From Candidatus Binatia bacterium (GTDB taxonomy: Bacteria; Desulfobacterota; Binatia; UBA9968; CAXXLF01), in NCBI GenBank assembly GCA_963664015.2, contig CAXXLF010000002.1:2048001-2112000 (forward strand): a stretch of DNA of 64,000 nucleotides, read 5' to 3'. The notes beneath the pieces are model-generated. The model was not told where the DNA came from and did no database searches. It was given only the letters and a program-made list of their open reading frames with translations. A program made the position numbers and the translations under genes. This document shows positions 9,219 through 19,553 of the stretch, piece by piece (positions within the stretch are counted from its first letter, which is position 1; each line of letters opens with the position of its first letter).

Positions 9219-11196
9219 ATGAGCGACACACCGATTATTGCGATCAAGGACATCACCAAGGTCTATGACCTCGGCGAGCAAAAGGTCGAGGCCTTGAGAG
9301 GTGTCTCACTGGAGATCTTCCCGGGCGAGATCGTCGCCCTGATGGGTCCATCGGGCTCCGGCAAATCGACCTTGATGAATATCCTGGGCTGTCTGGACCA
9401 GCCTACATCGGGGCAATACTGGTTGCGGGGGTATGGAAGTGGGTCATCTGTCCGCCGATGAAAAGGCCCATGTGCGCAACCACGAGCTCGGGTTCGTCTT
9501 TCAAAGCTATAACCTGATGGCGAGGACCAATGCCCGGGAAAATGTGGAGCTACCTATGCTCTATAGCGGCGTGTCGCCCCGGGTCCGCCGCGAACGGGCT
9601 ATAGAGATGCTGGCGTCGGTGGGTCTGGGGGACCGGGGAAACCACCAGCCAACCCAGCTCTCAGGGGGGCAGCAACAGCGGGTTGCTATCGCGCGGGCCC
9701 TGTTGAATGGACCACAGATCATCCTGGCCGACGAGCCCACAGGAAACCTGGACACCAAGACCGGTGATGAGATCATCGATCTTTTCAAACAACTCAACCG
9801 TGAGAAGGGGATCACTCTAGTCCTGGTCACCCACGACTCTTCGATAGCCTCCCAGTGCCACCGCGTCATCCATTTTAAGGACGGTTTGATTGAAGGAGAG
9901 GAACGGGTGAGTTCGTCCCCAACCGTTGCCGCCGTTCAGGACGAAGATCCGTCACCCACGGAGACTAAAGGCTTTGCATCCGATATGGTGGAAAATATTC
10001 GTACCGCCTTCAAGTCTCTGCGGGCCAACAAGATGCGTTCTTCCCTGACCATGCTGGGCGTGGTGATCGGTGTGGCGGCCGTGATCGCCATGGTCGCCAT
10101 CGGCCAGGGCACCAAGGCCAAGATCTCCAGGCAGATGGAACGGCTCGGCAGCAGCCGCCTGACGGTTTACTCGGGTACATCGAGGCGCTTCGGTCGAAGT
10201 TCCGCGGGCGGAACCATTACAACGCTCACCGCGGCGGACGCCAAGGCCCTGGTGGACGAGGTCCCGGGTGTCAGTATGGCAGCGCCCATGGTCCGGGGAT
10301 CCGCCCAGATCGTATATGGAAACAAGAATTGGCAGCCACGATATAGCGGTACCACACCCGAGTACCTCGCCATAAGAAATTGGGGCGTGGAGATGGGGGC
10401 AAATTTTAGCGAGGAGGATATCCTCCTCAACAGAAAAGTGCTCCTTCTAGGCAAGACCGTGGCCAAGGAGCTCTTCGGCGTCCAGTACCCCATCGGCCAG
10501 ATCGTCAGGCTCAAGCATATTCCTTTTGAAGTAGTGGGCATCCTGCAAGCACGGGGGACATCCGGGAGCGGCAGGGATTTGGACGATATCGTGTTTTTGC
10601 CGATTCGTACCGCGCAGCGAAAGCTCCTCGGCATCCATCACGTGCAGAGGATTGAGGTTGCGGCGACGAACCAGCAGGCAACCTATCAGGCGGAAAAGGA
10701 TATGGCCGAGTTGCTGCGTCAGCGTCACAAGATCACGCCCGGTAAGCGTGATGATTTCCGGATCCGAAATCGCGCAGAGATTATTGAAGCGGCCAACGAG
10801 GCAACCAACACCCTCTCCTATCTTTTGGCGGGGATTGCCTCTGTGGCTTTGGTCGTCGGCGGCATCGGGATCATGAACATCATGCTAGTCTCAGTCACGG
10901 AACGCACCCGTGAGATCGGTGTTCGACTGGCTGTGGGGGCAAGAAGACGGGATATCCGGCGGCAGTTCTTGACCGAGACCATGGTGCTCAGTATTTTGGG
11001 AGGCATCATTGGAATCCTACTCGGTATCGGTACCTCCTATGTGATTTCCTATTTCGGCGGTTGGGAGACCCTGGTCTCCCCCGGTGCGGTCCTACTCGCC
11101 TGTGGTTTTTCTGGGGCCATCGGCATCTTTTTCGGCTACCATCCGGCAGAGAAAGCCGCTACACTCAATCCCATCGAAGCGCTTCGTTACGAATAA
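9219..11196 (+). pseudogene. macB: MacB-like fused ABC ATPase/permease, split by one frameshift
   Basis: Walker [49 protein letters not shown]. Removing one G from GGGGG at 9427-9431 joins the two ORFs (WLRG-MEVGHL). Confidence 0.8.
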
Positions 11197-11224
11197 GACG
11201 AACGAGGTTAGTGGAAGCGGCTAT

Positions 11225-11242
11225 GGGCGAGGAAACTCGCCC
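11225..11242. repeat. REP-like hairpin GGGCGAG-GAAA-CTCGCCC
   Basis: 7-bp perfect stem with GAAA loop after the macB stop; no U-tract. Confidence 0.5.
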
Positions 11243-11257
11243 CATGCGGTCACTTCT

Positions 11258-11415
11258 GAAACTCCAAATCCGAAATTCGAAACAAATCCAAATAACTAAC
11301 ATGCAATACAATTCCATCAGCTCGTTGCGTGATTTGAGCATTAATTATTTGAGATTTTGGAATTGTTTAGGGTTTCGTGCTTCGAATTTTGGATTTTAAC
11401 TTGAGGGCATTTTGG
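11258..11415 (-). repeat. Intergenic element family A, copy 1 (MITE-like, heptamer-built inverted ends)
   Basis: Reverse complement aligns with 39005-39163 (shared GTTAAAATCC, CGAAGCACGAAA, CCTAAACAAT, AATGCTCAAA, GTTATTTGGATTTGTTTCGAATTTCGGATTT). Confidence 0.85.
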
Positions 11416-11470
11416 CGCGAAAAACTTTATTGATATCGTTCTGTTGAACATTCTATCGGTGAGAATCTGA
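11412..11470 (+). repeat. Intergenic element family B, partial copy
   Basis: TTGGCGCGAAAAACTTTATTGA...TTCTGTTGA...TTCTATCGGT matches 52090-52148 and the reverse complement of 25510-25570. Confidence 0.75.
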
Positions 11471-11479
11471 AAGGCTGAA

Positions 11480-12661
11480 ATGGAGCGACTCGTCGTGGGA
11501 CTCATGTCCGGGACCTCCATGGACGGTATTGACGCTGCACTGGTAGAGATCACGGGCCGGGGCGAGCGATCTCGTGTCAAAAGCCGGGGCTTTGTAACCA
11601 CACCCTACCCAAAGGACGTCAAGAGAGATCTACTGGAGATCGACCGTGAAAGCGGTCATCGAAACGGCACGGCCGAGATCTCCGCGCTCAATTTCAAAAT
11701 TGGTGAACTCTTTGCCCAGGCCGCGATACGTGTTGTGGCTAGAAGCGGTCGATCGCTACGCAGTGTGGACCTGATCGGTTCCCATGGCCAGACCGTATTC
11801 CATAACCCCAAGGGCAGGGAGAAGTCCACGCTTCAACTGGGAGAGCCGGCCGTCATCGCCGAGCGGACAGGGGTCACCACGGTAGCGGATTTTCGCACCG
11901 CGGATGTGGCCGCAGGTGGGGAAGGGGCGCCATTAACGCCTTATGTTCATTACCTGTTGTTTCGGGATCGCAAAAAATCCCGTGCGATCCACAACCTGGG
12001 CGGGATCTCCAACCTGACCTATATCCCGGCGCGGGCGGCTCCTAGAAACGTTGTGGCCTTCGATACGGGACCCGGCAACATGATCATCGACGGATTGGTA
12101 AGAATCATGACCCGTGGAAAGATGAGCTCCGACCGGGGCGGGGCGATGGCGAAAGAGGGGGATGTCAACGGCGGATTGTTAAGGGCACTGATGCGCCATC
12201 CCTTTTACTCTCTCCTGCCGCCTAAATCCACCGGTCGGGAAGCATTCGGTGCATCTTTTGTCGCATCGCTCCAGCAAAGGGCAAAAAAGCAGGGAATTCG
12301 TCCTTTGGACTTATTGGCTACGGCTACCGCCCTGAGCGCATCGACCATTGTCAAAGCGTATGCGGAATGTGTCCTGGGGCGATTGGGAAAGGTCGACGAG
12401 ATCTACTTTGCCGGTGGAGGGCGGAAAAACCGAACTCTGATGAAGCTACTACGAAACGGTCTCGACTTTGCCAAGGTTGGGGTTGTGGAGGATCTGGGTG
12501 TGGATGGAGACGCCCTTGAGGCCCAGGCCTTTGCCGTCATGGCCAACGAGACCGTTGAGGGGGTGCGAGGCAACCTTCCCAGGGTGACCGGGGCCGGGCA
12601 TCCCGTTATCTTGGGAAAGGTCGTGCCAGGAAAAAATTATTTAGGGGTGCGACTTAAATAG
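11480..12661 (+). CDS. anmK: Anhydro-N-acetylmuramic acid kinase
   Basis: GLMSGTSMDGID, IGSHGQT, GGEGAPL, NLGGISN, FDTGPGN, PPKSTGRE. Confidence 0.95.
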   Translation: MERLVVGLMSGTSMDGIDAALVEITGRGERSRVKSRGFVTTPYPKDVKRDLLEIDRESGHRNGTAEISALNFKIGELFAQAAIRVVARSGRSLRSVDLIGSHGQTVFHNPKGREKSTLQLGEPAVIAERTGVTTVADFRTADVAAGGEGAPLTPYVHYLLFRDRKKSRAIHNLGGISNLTYIPARAAPRNVVAFDTGPGNMIIDGLVRIMTRGKMSSDRGGAMAKEGDVNGGLLRALMRHPFYSLLPPKSTGREAFGASFVASLQQRAKKQGIRPLDLLATATALSASTIVKAYAECVLGRLGKVDEIYFAGGGRKNRTLMKLLRNGLDFAKVGVVEDLGVDGDALEAQAFAVMANETVEGVRGNLPRVTGAGHPVILGKVVPGKNYLGVRLK

Positions 12662-12664
12662 AGT

Positions 12665-12762
12665 GGCCAGAAGTCAGAGGTTGGAATGCGGACAGGACTC
12701 CGATTCCTGAATTCTAACATCTTCAGCAGAAGGCTGATCAGCCTCAGGCTGAGATCTCTGAC
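12665..12762 (+). repeat. Intergenic element family C, copy 1
   Basis: GGCCAGAAGTCAGAGG ... GGCTGATCAGCCTCAGGCTGAGATCTCTGAC, shared with 20380-20523. Confidence 0.8.
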
Positions 12763-12774
12763 ATCGGGTTTCTT

Positions 12775-13515
12775 CTATTCTAAAAAGTGCAGCTTCACCT
12801 CTCCACGTGCCAGCTTCTCTTCCGCTTCCTTCAATCTTTCCGGGGTTCCCAGGTCTTGCCAGTATCCCTTGAAATTCAGGCCGTAAAGGGGCTCACCGTG
12901 AAGCAGCATCTTTGGGTAGGTGACGCGTGTGAGACTGAAGGGCCGCTCCTCCTCCATGAAGTCAAAGACCGTCGGTTCCAGGATCTGAACTCCGGTGAAC
13001 ATCAGTCGGTCGAGGGGATTGGGAATAGGCCCGGGAGCTGCTTGGCCAAGGAACCGGTGAATCCTGCCGTCGGATGACGTTTCAATGATGCCGAACTGTT
13101 CTGCGTTCTCATCTGCGCGAAGTACGAGGGTCGCGGTAGCCTGGTTCTGCTGATGGGTAGCGACCAGCTCTCTTAGCGGGAGATCGATGAGAACATCGCT
13201 GTTGATAACGAGAAAGGTCCCGTCCCGAAATAACTCCCTGGCCCTGAATAGTCCTCCCCCAGTGTCCAGCAGCGTCTCTTCTTTCATGTAGCGAATCTGA
13301 AGGCCCAGTCCGTTGCCATCCCCCAGCGCAGCCTCAATCTTGCTTCCCAGGTGGTGGAGGTTGATGATTATCTCCGTGATCCCCGACCGTCCCAGAAGGC
13401 GAAGGGGATACTCGATCATGGGCCGTCCCCAGAGTGGGATGAGTGCCTTGGGAAGCGTGTCCGTCATCGGGCGAAGTCGTTGGCCGTAACCGGCCGCGAA
13501 CACCATGGCCTTCAT
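12775..13515 (-). CDS. murU: MurU-like N-acetylmuramate-1-phosphate nucleotidyltransferase
   Basis: MKAMVFAAGYGQRLRPMTDTLPKAL, LDTGGG, WQDLGTPERL; overlaps the amgK-like gene by 4 nt. Confidence 0.75.
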   Translation of the reverse strand: MKAMVFAAGYGQRLRPMTDTLPKALIPLWGRPMIEYPLRLLGRSGITEIIINLHHLGSKIEAALGDGNGLGLQIRYMKEETLLDTGGGLFRARELFRDGTFLVINSDVLIDLPLRELVATHQQNQATATLVLRADENAEQFGIIETSSDGRIHRFLGQAAPGPIPNPLDRLMFTGVQILEPTVFDFMEEERPFSLTRVTYPKMLLHGEPLYGLNFKGYWQDLGTPERLKEAEEKLARGEVKLHFLE

Positions 13516-14585
13516 CGGATAACCTCGAAATAAGGTGCCAGGATAGGAAGGAGATTTTTCAAACGGGGGTGCTTCATGAGATTTCTCTCGAGACGTTTGA
13601 TGGTAGCGGGGAGGTACTGTCGGTACTGGGGTTTTCCCTTGATCAGGTCCAAGTAGATGAACCTGCCGACTACTTTAAAGTCCCGCTGCACAGCCGAAAG
13701 GAGATAGTTTTCCAAAAACTCGTCGCGCTTCACCTCCCGCTCGCCCATCTCCTCCCGCCGTCGGAGGTAATAGTCTATGAGGTGCTCCTCCAGGACTGGC
13801 CCAATCAAACGGTCCGTATCACGATCGTTCAGTAGCGAGGCCAGATCGTATTGAGGTGGCGCCAGGAGTGCGTCTTGAAAGTCGATCATGACCAGTTCAT
13901 CCCCGGATACCATCAGGTTCCAGCTATGAAAGTCCCGGTGGTTGAGATAGGGAGGTTGGCGCTCCAGCTGGCGCGAGACGTCGCTGAAGGCTTCCATCAA
14001 GAGCCGTCTTTCCATCTTGTCCATCGTCCCTTTTTTGCCGTTTTCGATTCCATACTCGATGAAGTGTTCCAACTCCCACATATAGAGGCGCAGGTCGAAA
14101 CGTTGTTGGAATGCGATAAAAGAGTCGTCCCGGGCCCGAGTCCCGCGGATCTGGAGGATGAGAAGCTGATCGAGGGCCTTTTCGTACCAATGGGAGATCC
14201 CTTCGGGTGAGAGGCCTTGCACCGAATCCCAAAGGGAGCGGTCCCCAAGGTCTTCCAAAAGGAGGATTCCATCATCGACCCAGTGTCCGTAGAGAGCGGG
14301 GATTCGAACCTGGAGCTTGGTCAGGAAGCGATGGAGGCTGAGAAACGGGAGTTCGCGAGGAGGCTCCTTGAATACGGCCAGTTCCTCGGACGAAAGGGGC
14401 AGCCCGCCACCGCTGAAATTCATGACGATCACTGAGGAAGGAAGGCCTTTCCCGGACAGCGATGCCCGAAAGTACCGTCTGGTTGAGGCATCGCCTGCCA
14501 GGGGGACCAGGGACTTTAGACGGGCCTGATTCCCAAGACAGTCCTGGATTTTGTTCGAAACGAGTCTTTTTAGGTCCTTTTTCAC
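13512..14585 (-). CDS. amgK: AmgK-like anomeric MurNAc/GlcNAc kinase (APH family)
   Basis: LAGDASTRRYFR, LLLEDLGD, HRDFHSWNLM, IDFQDA, YDLASLL. Confidence 0.8.
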   Translation of the reverse strand: MKKDLKRLVSNKIQDCLGNQARLKSLVPLAGDASTRRYFRASLSGKGLPSSVIVMNFSGGGLPLSSEELAVFKEPPRELPFLSLHRFLTKLQVRIPALYGHWVDDGILLLEDLGDRSLWDSVQGLSPEGISHWYEKALDQLLILQIRGTRARDDSFIAFQQRFDLRLYMWELEHFIEYGIENGKKGTMDKMERRLLMEAFSDVSRQLERQPPYLNHRDFHSWNLMVSGDELVMIDFQDALLAPPQYDLASLLNDRDTDRLIGPVLEEHLIDYYLRRREEMGEREVKRDEFLENYLLSAVQRDFKVVGRFIYLDLIKGKPQYRQYLPATIKRLERNLMKHPRLKNLLPILAPYFEVIR

Positions 14586-14640
14586 GCGATTAAACCATAG
14601 GTTATGCAGTCAGAATCGTCAGCGTATAATTGTTTAGTTA

Positions 14641-15012
14641 GTAGATTTTCCTAAAGGAATACTCGTACTTTCGTTCTTTTTCTTCTTTTACGTCCTGCTG
14701 CAGATCTTCCTGTTTCTGCGTTTCAGAGACTACCTGAACGATCGTCTTCAGCATGAGGGGACAAGGGCTCTCATTTGCGGCTTGGTAGCATCTTTCTTTA
14801 TCATTACCATTTCCCCCGTTGCAGGGCACATCTTTTTCGGTTGGGATTTCCATGAGCGCTATCCCATGGCCAGTCGAGTCCTCTTTAGCGCCTTTGCCAT
14901 CTGGGCCTTTGGTTCAGGGGGCTGTGCCGTAATCCTTGCAGGATGCGACTTTTACCGTCGACTTGTGGAGAGGTTCTCGCCTCAGCCGGCACCGCTGGAC
15001 CCTAAGCGGCGC
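14641..15012 (+). pseudogene. N-terminal membrane fragment of a gene (resembles membrane-anchored metallophosphoesterases), fused in frame to the TMTC-like remnant
   Basis: Open frame from 14641 with three hydrophobic helices ending PAPLDPKRR, after which the sequence becomes TMTC-like (RRDVIAALFFL). Family assignment is from recall only. Confidence 0.35.
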
Positions 15013-16296
15013 GATGTTATCGCTGCCCTGTTCTTCCTGGTAACCCTCCTCTATTACCTGCGGTCTACAGTGAAGGTGCCGTCGCGCCGAACCTGACTAT
15101 GGTGTTTTTCTGGTGCCCTTATCCTTGATGGCTGGTCATTGCTTTCCCGGGCTGGTGGCATGACCCTCCCTATCGTTTTCCTCGTCCTTGACGTGTATCC
15201 GCTTAGACGGCTCGGAGGGGAAGCGAGCATGTGGTTCGGGCGAACCTCCCGCGGCGTGCGGTTGGAGAAAATTCTATTCTTGATCTTGGCTTCGGGAGCT
15301 GCGGTTACCGCTTTACTGGCTCAATACAGGGTCGGAGCATTAGAGCCTATTGAAGGGTACAGTGTCTTGTCCCGTATCGCCCAGGTCTTCTTTGGCTTGG
15401 TCTTCTACTTATGGAAAACAGTCATGCCTTTTGGACTCTCTCCACTCTATGAAATACCGCCTTATCTCAATCCCTGGGAATGGCTCAAAGCGGGCCGCAG
15501 CTTGTAGCTGATCGTTACAGTTACCTCTTGTGTCTGGGATGGGTGTTACTGGTAGGGGCGGGCGTCATTACCTTCTGGCGAGCTTGGGTCGACCGGCGCC
15601 TTAAACGGTTGTCTTTCTTTGTTATCGCAGGGGTAACCGGAATGATTTTGGTTGGGTTGTGGGGATTGACCTGGAAACAGGTTCAGGTGTGGCACAATAC
15701 AGGTAGTCTATTCAGACATGTTGTTTCCGTGACCCCGGAGTCGAGGACTGCCCATTACAATTTGGGGATTTTGCTAGAAAGAGAGGGCAGGCTGGACGAG
15801 GCGGTTCGGCACTACCGTGAGGTTGTACGGATCGATCCTGACGACGTGGAAGGACGTATCAATCTGGTAATGTGTTAAGGAACCAGGGAAAGTTCGATGA
15901 GGCCATTGGGCACTACCAACGTGTCTTGATGATAGACCCAACCAATTCTATAGCGTATAATAATCGGGGGCTTGCGCTGCCAGGCAAGGACGCCTCGACG
16001 ATACGATAGACCAATTGCGTCACGCTCTGCGGATGAATCCAGCCAATGTGTTGATCTACGCCAATATGGGTGATATCGAAGCGAGTCGGGGAGATTGGGC
16101 CAGGGCGATCGAATACTACCGCCGGGCGGTTGAGGTGGAACCGGGATTGGCAGATGCCCATGAGCGGCTGGGCCGGCTCCTCATACAGGACGGACGGCGA
16201 GAGGAAGCCATAAAACACCTCGAAGAGGCCGTTCGGATTTTGAAGTCAGGCTCCCCCACCAGCACTAATGGTCAGGTAGATAAAACTATGGGATAA
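15007..16296 (+). pseudogene. Degraded TMTC-like (GT-C membrane domain plus TPR) gene
   Basis: Fragments RRDVIAALFFL, FYLWKTVMPFGLSPLY, ADRYSYL, TWKQVQVW, AHYNLG and TPRs; several frameshifts; C-terminus EEAVRILKSG parallels EEALRLMKSG of the next gene. Confidence 0.75.
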
Positions 16297-16366
16297 GGAA
16301 TCGGAAAGTGATCCGTTTTCCCTGGAACCCCCTGCCGTATCCCAAGTCAAAGGTGAAATAAAGCTG

Positions 16367-18340
16367 ATGGAGCCCACTCGGGAAAAGCGCCGAAGTCATG
16401 GCAAACCGTTAGGCGGTGGTTCTCCGTCCGAAGCCGGTCGGGTTCTCTTGACCCAACGACCGCTCGGTTGGCCCCGATGGCGGTGGAAAGCCATTATGGG
16501 ATGGGCTCTCGTTATCGTAGCGTTTATCGTCTATATCCCGGCCATGCAGGGCGGCTACATCTGGGACGACGATGATTACGTCCTGAAAAACCAAACACTG
16601 CTCTCCTTGGATGGGCTTCGACAGATCTGGTTCCAGATCGGTGCCACGCCGCAATACTACCCCATGGTGCACTCGACCTATTGGCTAGAGTATCGGTTGT
16701 GGGGCCTGATTCCCAGCGGTTACCACACTGTCAATATTCTTTTGCATGCGGTGAATGCGGTGCTCCTATGGCGTGTGTTGGCGGCTCTTCATATACCTGG
16801 AGCGTGGGTAGCGGCAGTGGTGTTTGCCCTGCACCCTGTGCACGTGGAGTCGGTTGCGTGGATTACAGAGCGAAAAAACGTCTTGTCCTGTTTGTTCTAT
16901 CTCAGCGCGGCGCTGGCCTACCTCCGCTACGCTCTGGGAGCGAACGATAAAGAAGCCCATACGGGGTCTGGGAAATTCTACGCATTGTCGTTGGTGCTCT
17001 TTCTGTGCGCCTTATTGAGTAAAACAGTGACTTCCACACTTCCTGCGGCGTTGCTTCTTTTACTATGGTGGAAACGGGGTCGCATCCAATGGGCGGACGT
17101 CCGTGCCATGGTGCCGTTCTTTTTTGTGGGTATTGGTTTTGGGCTTTTGACTCTATGGATGGAAAAGCATCACGTGGGTGCCGTGGGGGAAGCGTGGAAT
17201 CTGTCGTTGGTCGAGCGGTTGTTGATCGCTGGGCGCGCGCTATGGTTTTATGCGGGCAAACTTCTTTGGCCCAGCCCGCTGATATTTAACTATCCCCGCT
17301 GGCAGATTGACGGGGGAGCCTGGCAGCAGTATCTGTATCCTGCCGGTGCACTGGCCGTCATGGTGGCTCTGTGGCTGGCCAGGTCCCGTATCGGGCGGGG
17401 GCCGCTGGCGGCAGTTCTCTTTTTCGCTGGTACCTTGATGCCCGCCCTCGGGTTCTTTGACGTCTTTCCCATGCGGTACTCTTTTGTAGCGGATCACTTC
17501 CAGTACCATGCCAGCATCGGATTGATCACCATATTCGCTTCGGTCGGTTGCCTGGCCGCTAATCGGCTTGGAGGATGGGGAAGGACTGGCGGATGGGGTG
17601 CGTTAGTCATTGTCTTGGCGACACTGGGGACCTTAACCTGGCGACAAAGTTACATCTACAAAAACCATGAAACCATATGGCGGGACACGATTCGCAAGAA
17701 TCCTGATTCCTGGATGGCGCACACTAACCTAGGAGTTTTACTCACCAGTCGGGATCGGTTGGAAGAGGCGATGGGACATTACCGGCAGTCTTTACGGATC
17801 AATGCTGCGGATTATGTGGCGCACAACGGTTTGGGGAGTGCCTTGAGAGACCAGGGTCAAACAGAAGAAGCGATAGGGCACTACCGAGAGGCCTTACGGA
17901 TCAATGCCGCCAATTCGACCGTGCACAACAACCTGGGGCTCACACTATTACAGTTGGGGCGTATGAATGAGGCGATGGGGCATTTCCGAGAAGCGCTTCG
18001 GATCAATCCTGGTGATTTTTTGGCGCACAACAACCTGGGGATCGCGCTAGCAATGCAAGGAGTGATATATGAGGCAGTTGACCATTTCCGAGAAGCGCTC
18101 CGAATCGACCCTGCCAATATTTCGGTCTATGACAATTTGGCAGGCATCTATGCCAGCCGCGGTGAGTGGGAGAAGGCGATTGAACTCTATAGGAAAGCAC
18201 TAAAGGTCAACCCGGGAGTCGTGGAATTCCATGAAAAGCTTGGTCGGCTTCTCACCCAAACAGGGCGGAAGGACGAGGCGATCCCATATTTTGAAGAGGC
18301 CCTGCGACTTATGAAATCAGGTGCTCTGCAAGGCCATTGA
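16367..18340 (+). CDS. TMTC-like putative protein O-mannosyltransferase (GT-C fold) with C-terminal TPRs
   Basis: YIWDDDDY, FALHPVHVESVAWITERKNVL, FVADHFQY, many TM helices, TPRs with a 102-bp DNA period (17761, 17863, 17965, 18067). Confidence 0.8.
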   Translation: MEPTREKRRSHGKPLGGGSPSEAGRVLLTQRPLGWPRWRWKAIMGWALVIVAFIVYIPAMQGGYIWDDDDYVLKNQTLLSLDGLRQIWFQIGATPQYYPMVHSTYWLEYRLWGLIPSGYHTVNILLHAVNAVLLWRVLAALHIPGAWVAAVVFALHPVHVESVAWITERKNVLSCLFYLSAALAYLRYALGANDKEAHTGSGKFYALSLVLFLCALLSKTVTSTLPAALLLLLWWKRGRIQWADVRAMVPFFFVGIGFGLLTLWMEKHHVGAVGEAWNLSLVERLLIAGRALWFYAGKLLWPSPLIFNYPRWQIDGGAWQQYLYPAGALAVMVALWLARSRIGRGPLAAVLFFAGTLMPALGFFDVFPMRYSFVADHFQYHASIGLITIFASVGCLAANRLGGWGRTGGWGALVIVLATLGTLTWRQSYIYKNHETIWRDTIRKNPDSWMAHTNLGVLLTSRDRLEEAMGHYRQSLRINAADYVAHNGLGSALRDQGQTEEAIGHYREALRINAANSTVHNNLGLTLLQLGRMNEAMGHFREALRINPGDFLAHNNLGIALAMQGVIYEAVDHFREALRIDPANISVYDNLAGIYASRGEWEKAIELYRKALKVNPGVVEFHEKLGRLLTQTGRKDEAIPYFEEALRLMKSGALQGH

Positions 18341-18430
18341 CACTGTCCCGTTGAGGTCTTCTTTGGACCCTAGGTCTGAAGTAAATTGCACGGAGATGCC
18401 GTGTATGTTACTTCTCATCAAGTAAAAATC

Positions 18431-19357
18431 ATGAGCTTCAATGTCGGCATCGCACAGATCAACCCCAAACTGGGGGAGGTCGAGGCCAATATGGCCCTTT
18501 ACGAGGGAAAGATCCGTCAAGCACAGGGGGATGGTGTCGACTTCCTTGTATTTCCCGAGTTGTCACTGACAGGCTACTTCTTGCGCGACATGGTGCCCAA
18601 CGTGGCCTTGAATCTCGCCTCCAGGAAAATCCAGCATCTCAAGGCATTGAGCAGGCGTTTTGCTTTCGTCGCGGGTATTGTCGAGGAAGGACCGGACTTT
18701 CGTTTTTATAATTCAGCGGTCTATTTTGAAAACGGTGAGATACGGCATGTTCACCGCAAGGTCTACCTGCCGACTTATGGTATGTTCGATGAACAACGGT
18801 ATTTTGCTCGCGGCGACCGGGTCCGTGCCTTCGATTCAAAATTCGGACGACTGAGCCTGCTGATCTGTGAAGACCTCTGGCACCCTTCGACGGTCTACCT
18901 GGCGGCCCTGGACGGCGCCATGGCCATAATCTGTCCCTCGGCCAGCCCGCTCCGGGGGATCACGGAGGGCCAGCCCCAGGATGACACCGCTCGCTACTGG
19001 GAACTCATCAACCGGAATTACACCGAGACCTTCAGCCTCTATATGATCTATGGCAATCGGGTGGGATTCGAGGATGGGGTGGGTTTTTGGGGTGGGTCCG
19101 AGATCCTGGATCCATTCGGTCACAGTTTAGCTAAGGGCAAGTACTATGAAGAGGATATGATTGCCTCTGACGTGGGGCTGGAATCGGTCCGCCGGAAGAG
19201 AACCATGTCACCACTCCTCAGGGATGAGGACCTGGACCTGACCATCAACGAGCTCATGCGCATACGCGAGCGCCAACCCGGTTCCCAGCAAACCGGCTAC
19301 ACCAGCCGCAAACAAAAAGGTTACCGCGCTAAAAAAACAGAAAAAAAAGACCAATAA
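18431..19357 (+). CDS. Nitrilase-family amidohydrolase, probable glutaminase subunit of NAD synthetase
   Basis: VFPELSLTGY, HRKVYLPTYGMFDEQRYF, ICEDLW (E-K-C triad); directly upstream of nadE. Confidence 0.85.
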   Translation: MSFNVGIAQINPKLGEVEANMALYEGKIRQAQGDGVDFLVFPELSLTGYFLRDMVPNVALNLASRKIQHLKALSRRFAFVAGIVEEGPDFRFYNSAVYFENGEIRHVHRKVYLPTYGMFDEQRYFARGDRVRAFDSKFGRLSLLICEDLWHPSTVYLAALDGAMAIICPSASPLRGITEGQPQDDTARYWELINRNYTETFSLYMIYGNRVGFEDGVGFWGGSEILDPFGHSLAKGKYYEEDMIASDVGLESVRRKRTMSPLLRDEDLDLTINELMRIRERQPGSQQTGYTSRKQKGYRAKKTEKKDQ

Positions 19358-19371
19358 GAAAAAGTAGAGAA

Positions 19372-19546
19372 CCGGAGGGCAGAGGTCAGTATAGGGAACA
19401 GAATGGCGTGTTCGCTGGACCGCAATGAACATTAACTATTCAGAATCAAGTGCAAACGTCCAATTATGTAACCTGGCAGAGTTAGGGTAACGGTTTTCTA
19501 CGGAGATCTTTTATTCTGATCTCTGCATTCTGATATCTGACTTCCG
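19372..19546. repeat. Inverted heptamer arrays (family C-like)
   Basis: GGAGGGCAGAGGTCAG after the stop and TCTGATCTCTGCATTCTGATATCTGACTTCC before the nadE start. Confidence 0.55.
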
Positions 19547-19553
19547 GTTCTTT

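Noticed and set aside
17700-18130. Regularly spaced repeats as a possible CRISPR array
   Set aside because: The 102-bp period equals 34 codons of TPR repeats inside a CDS; no cas genes or identical repeats.
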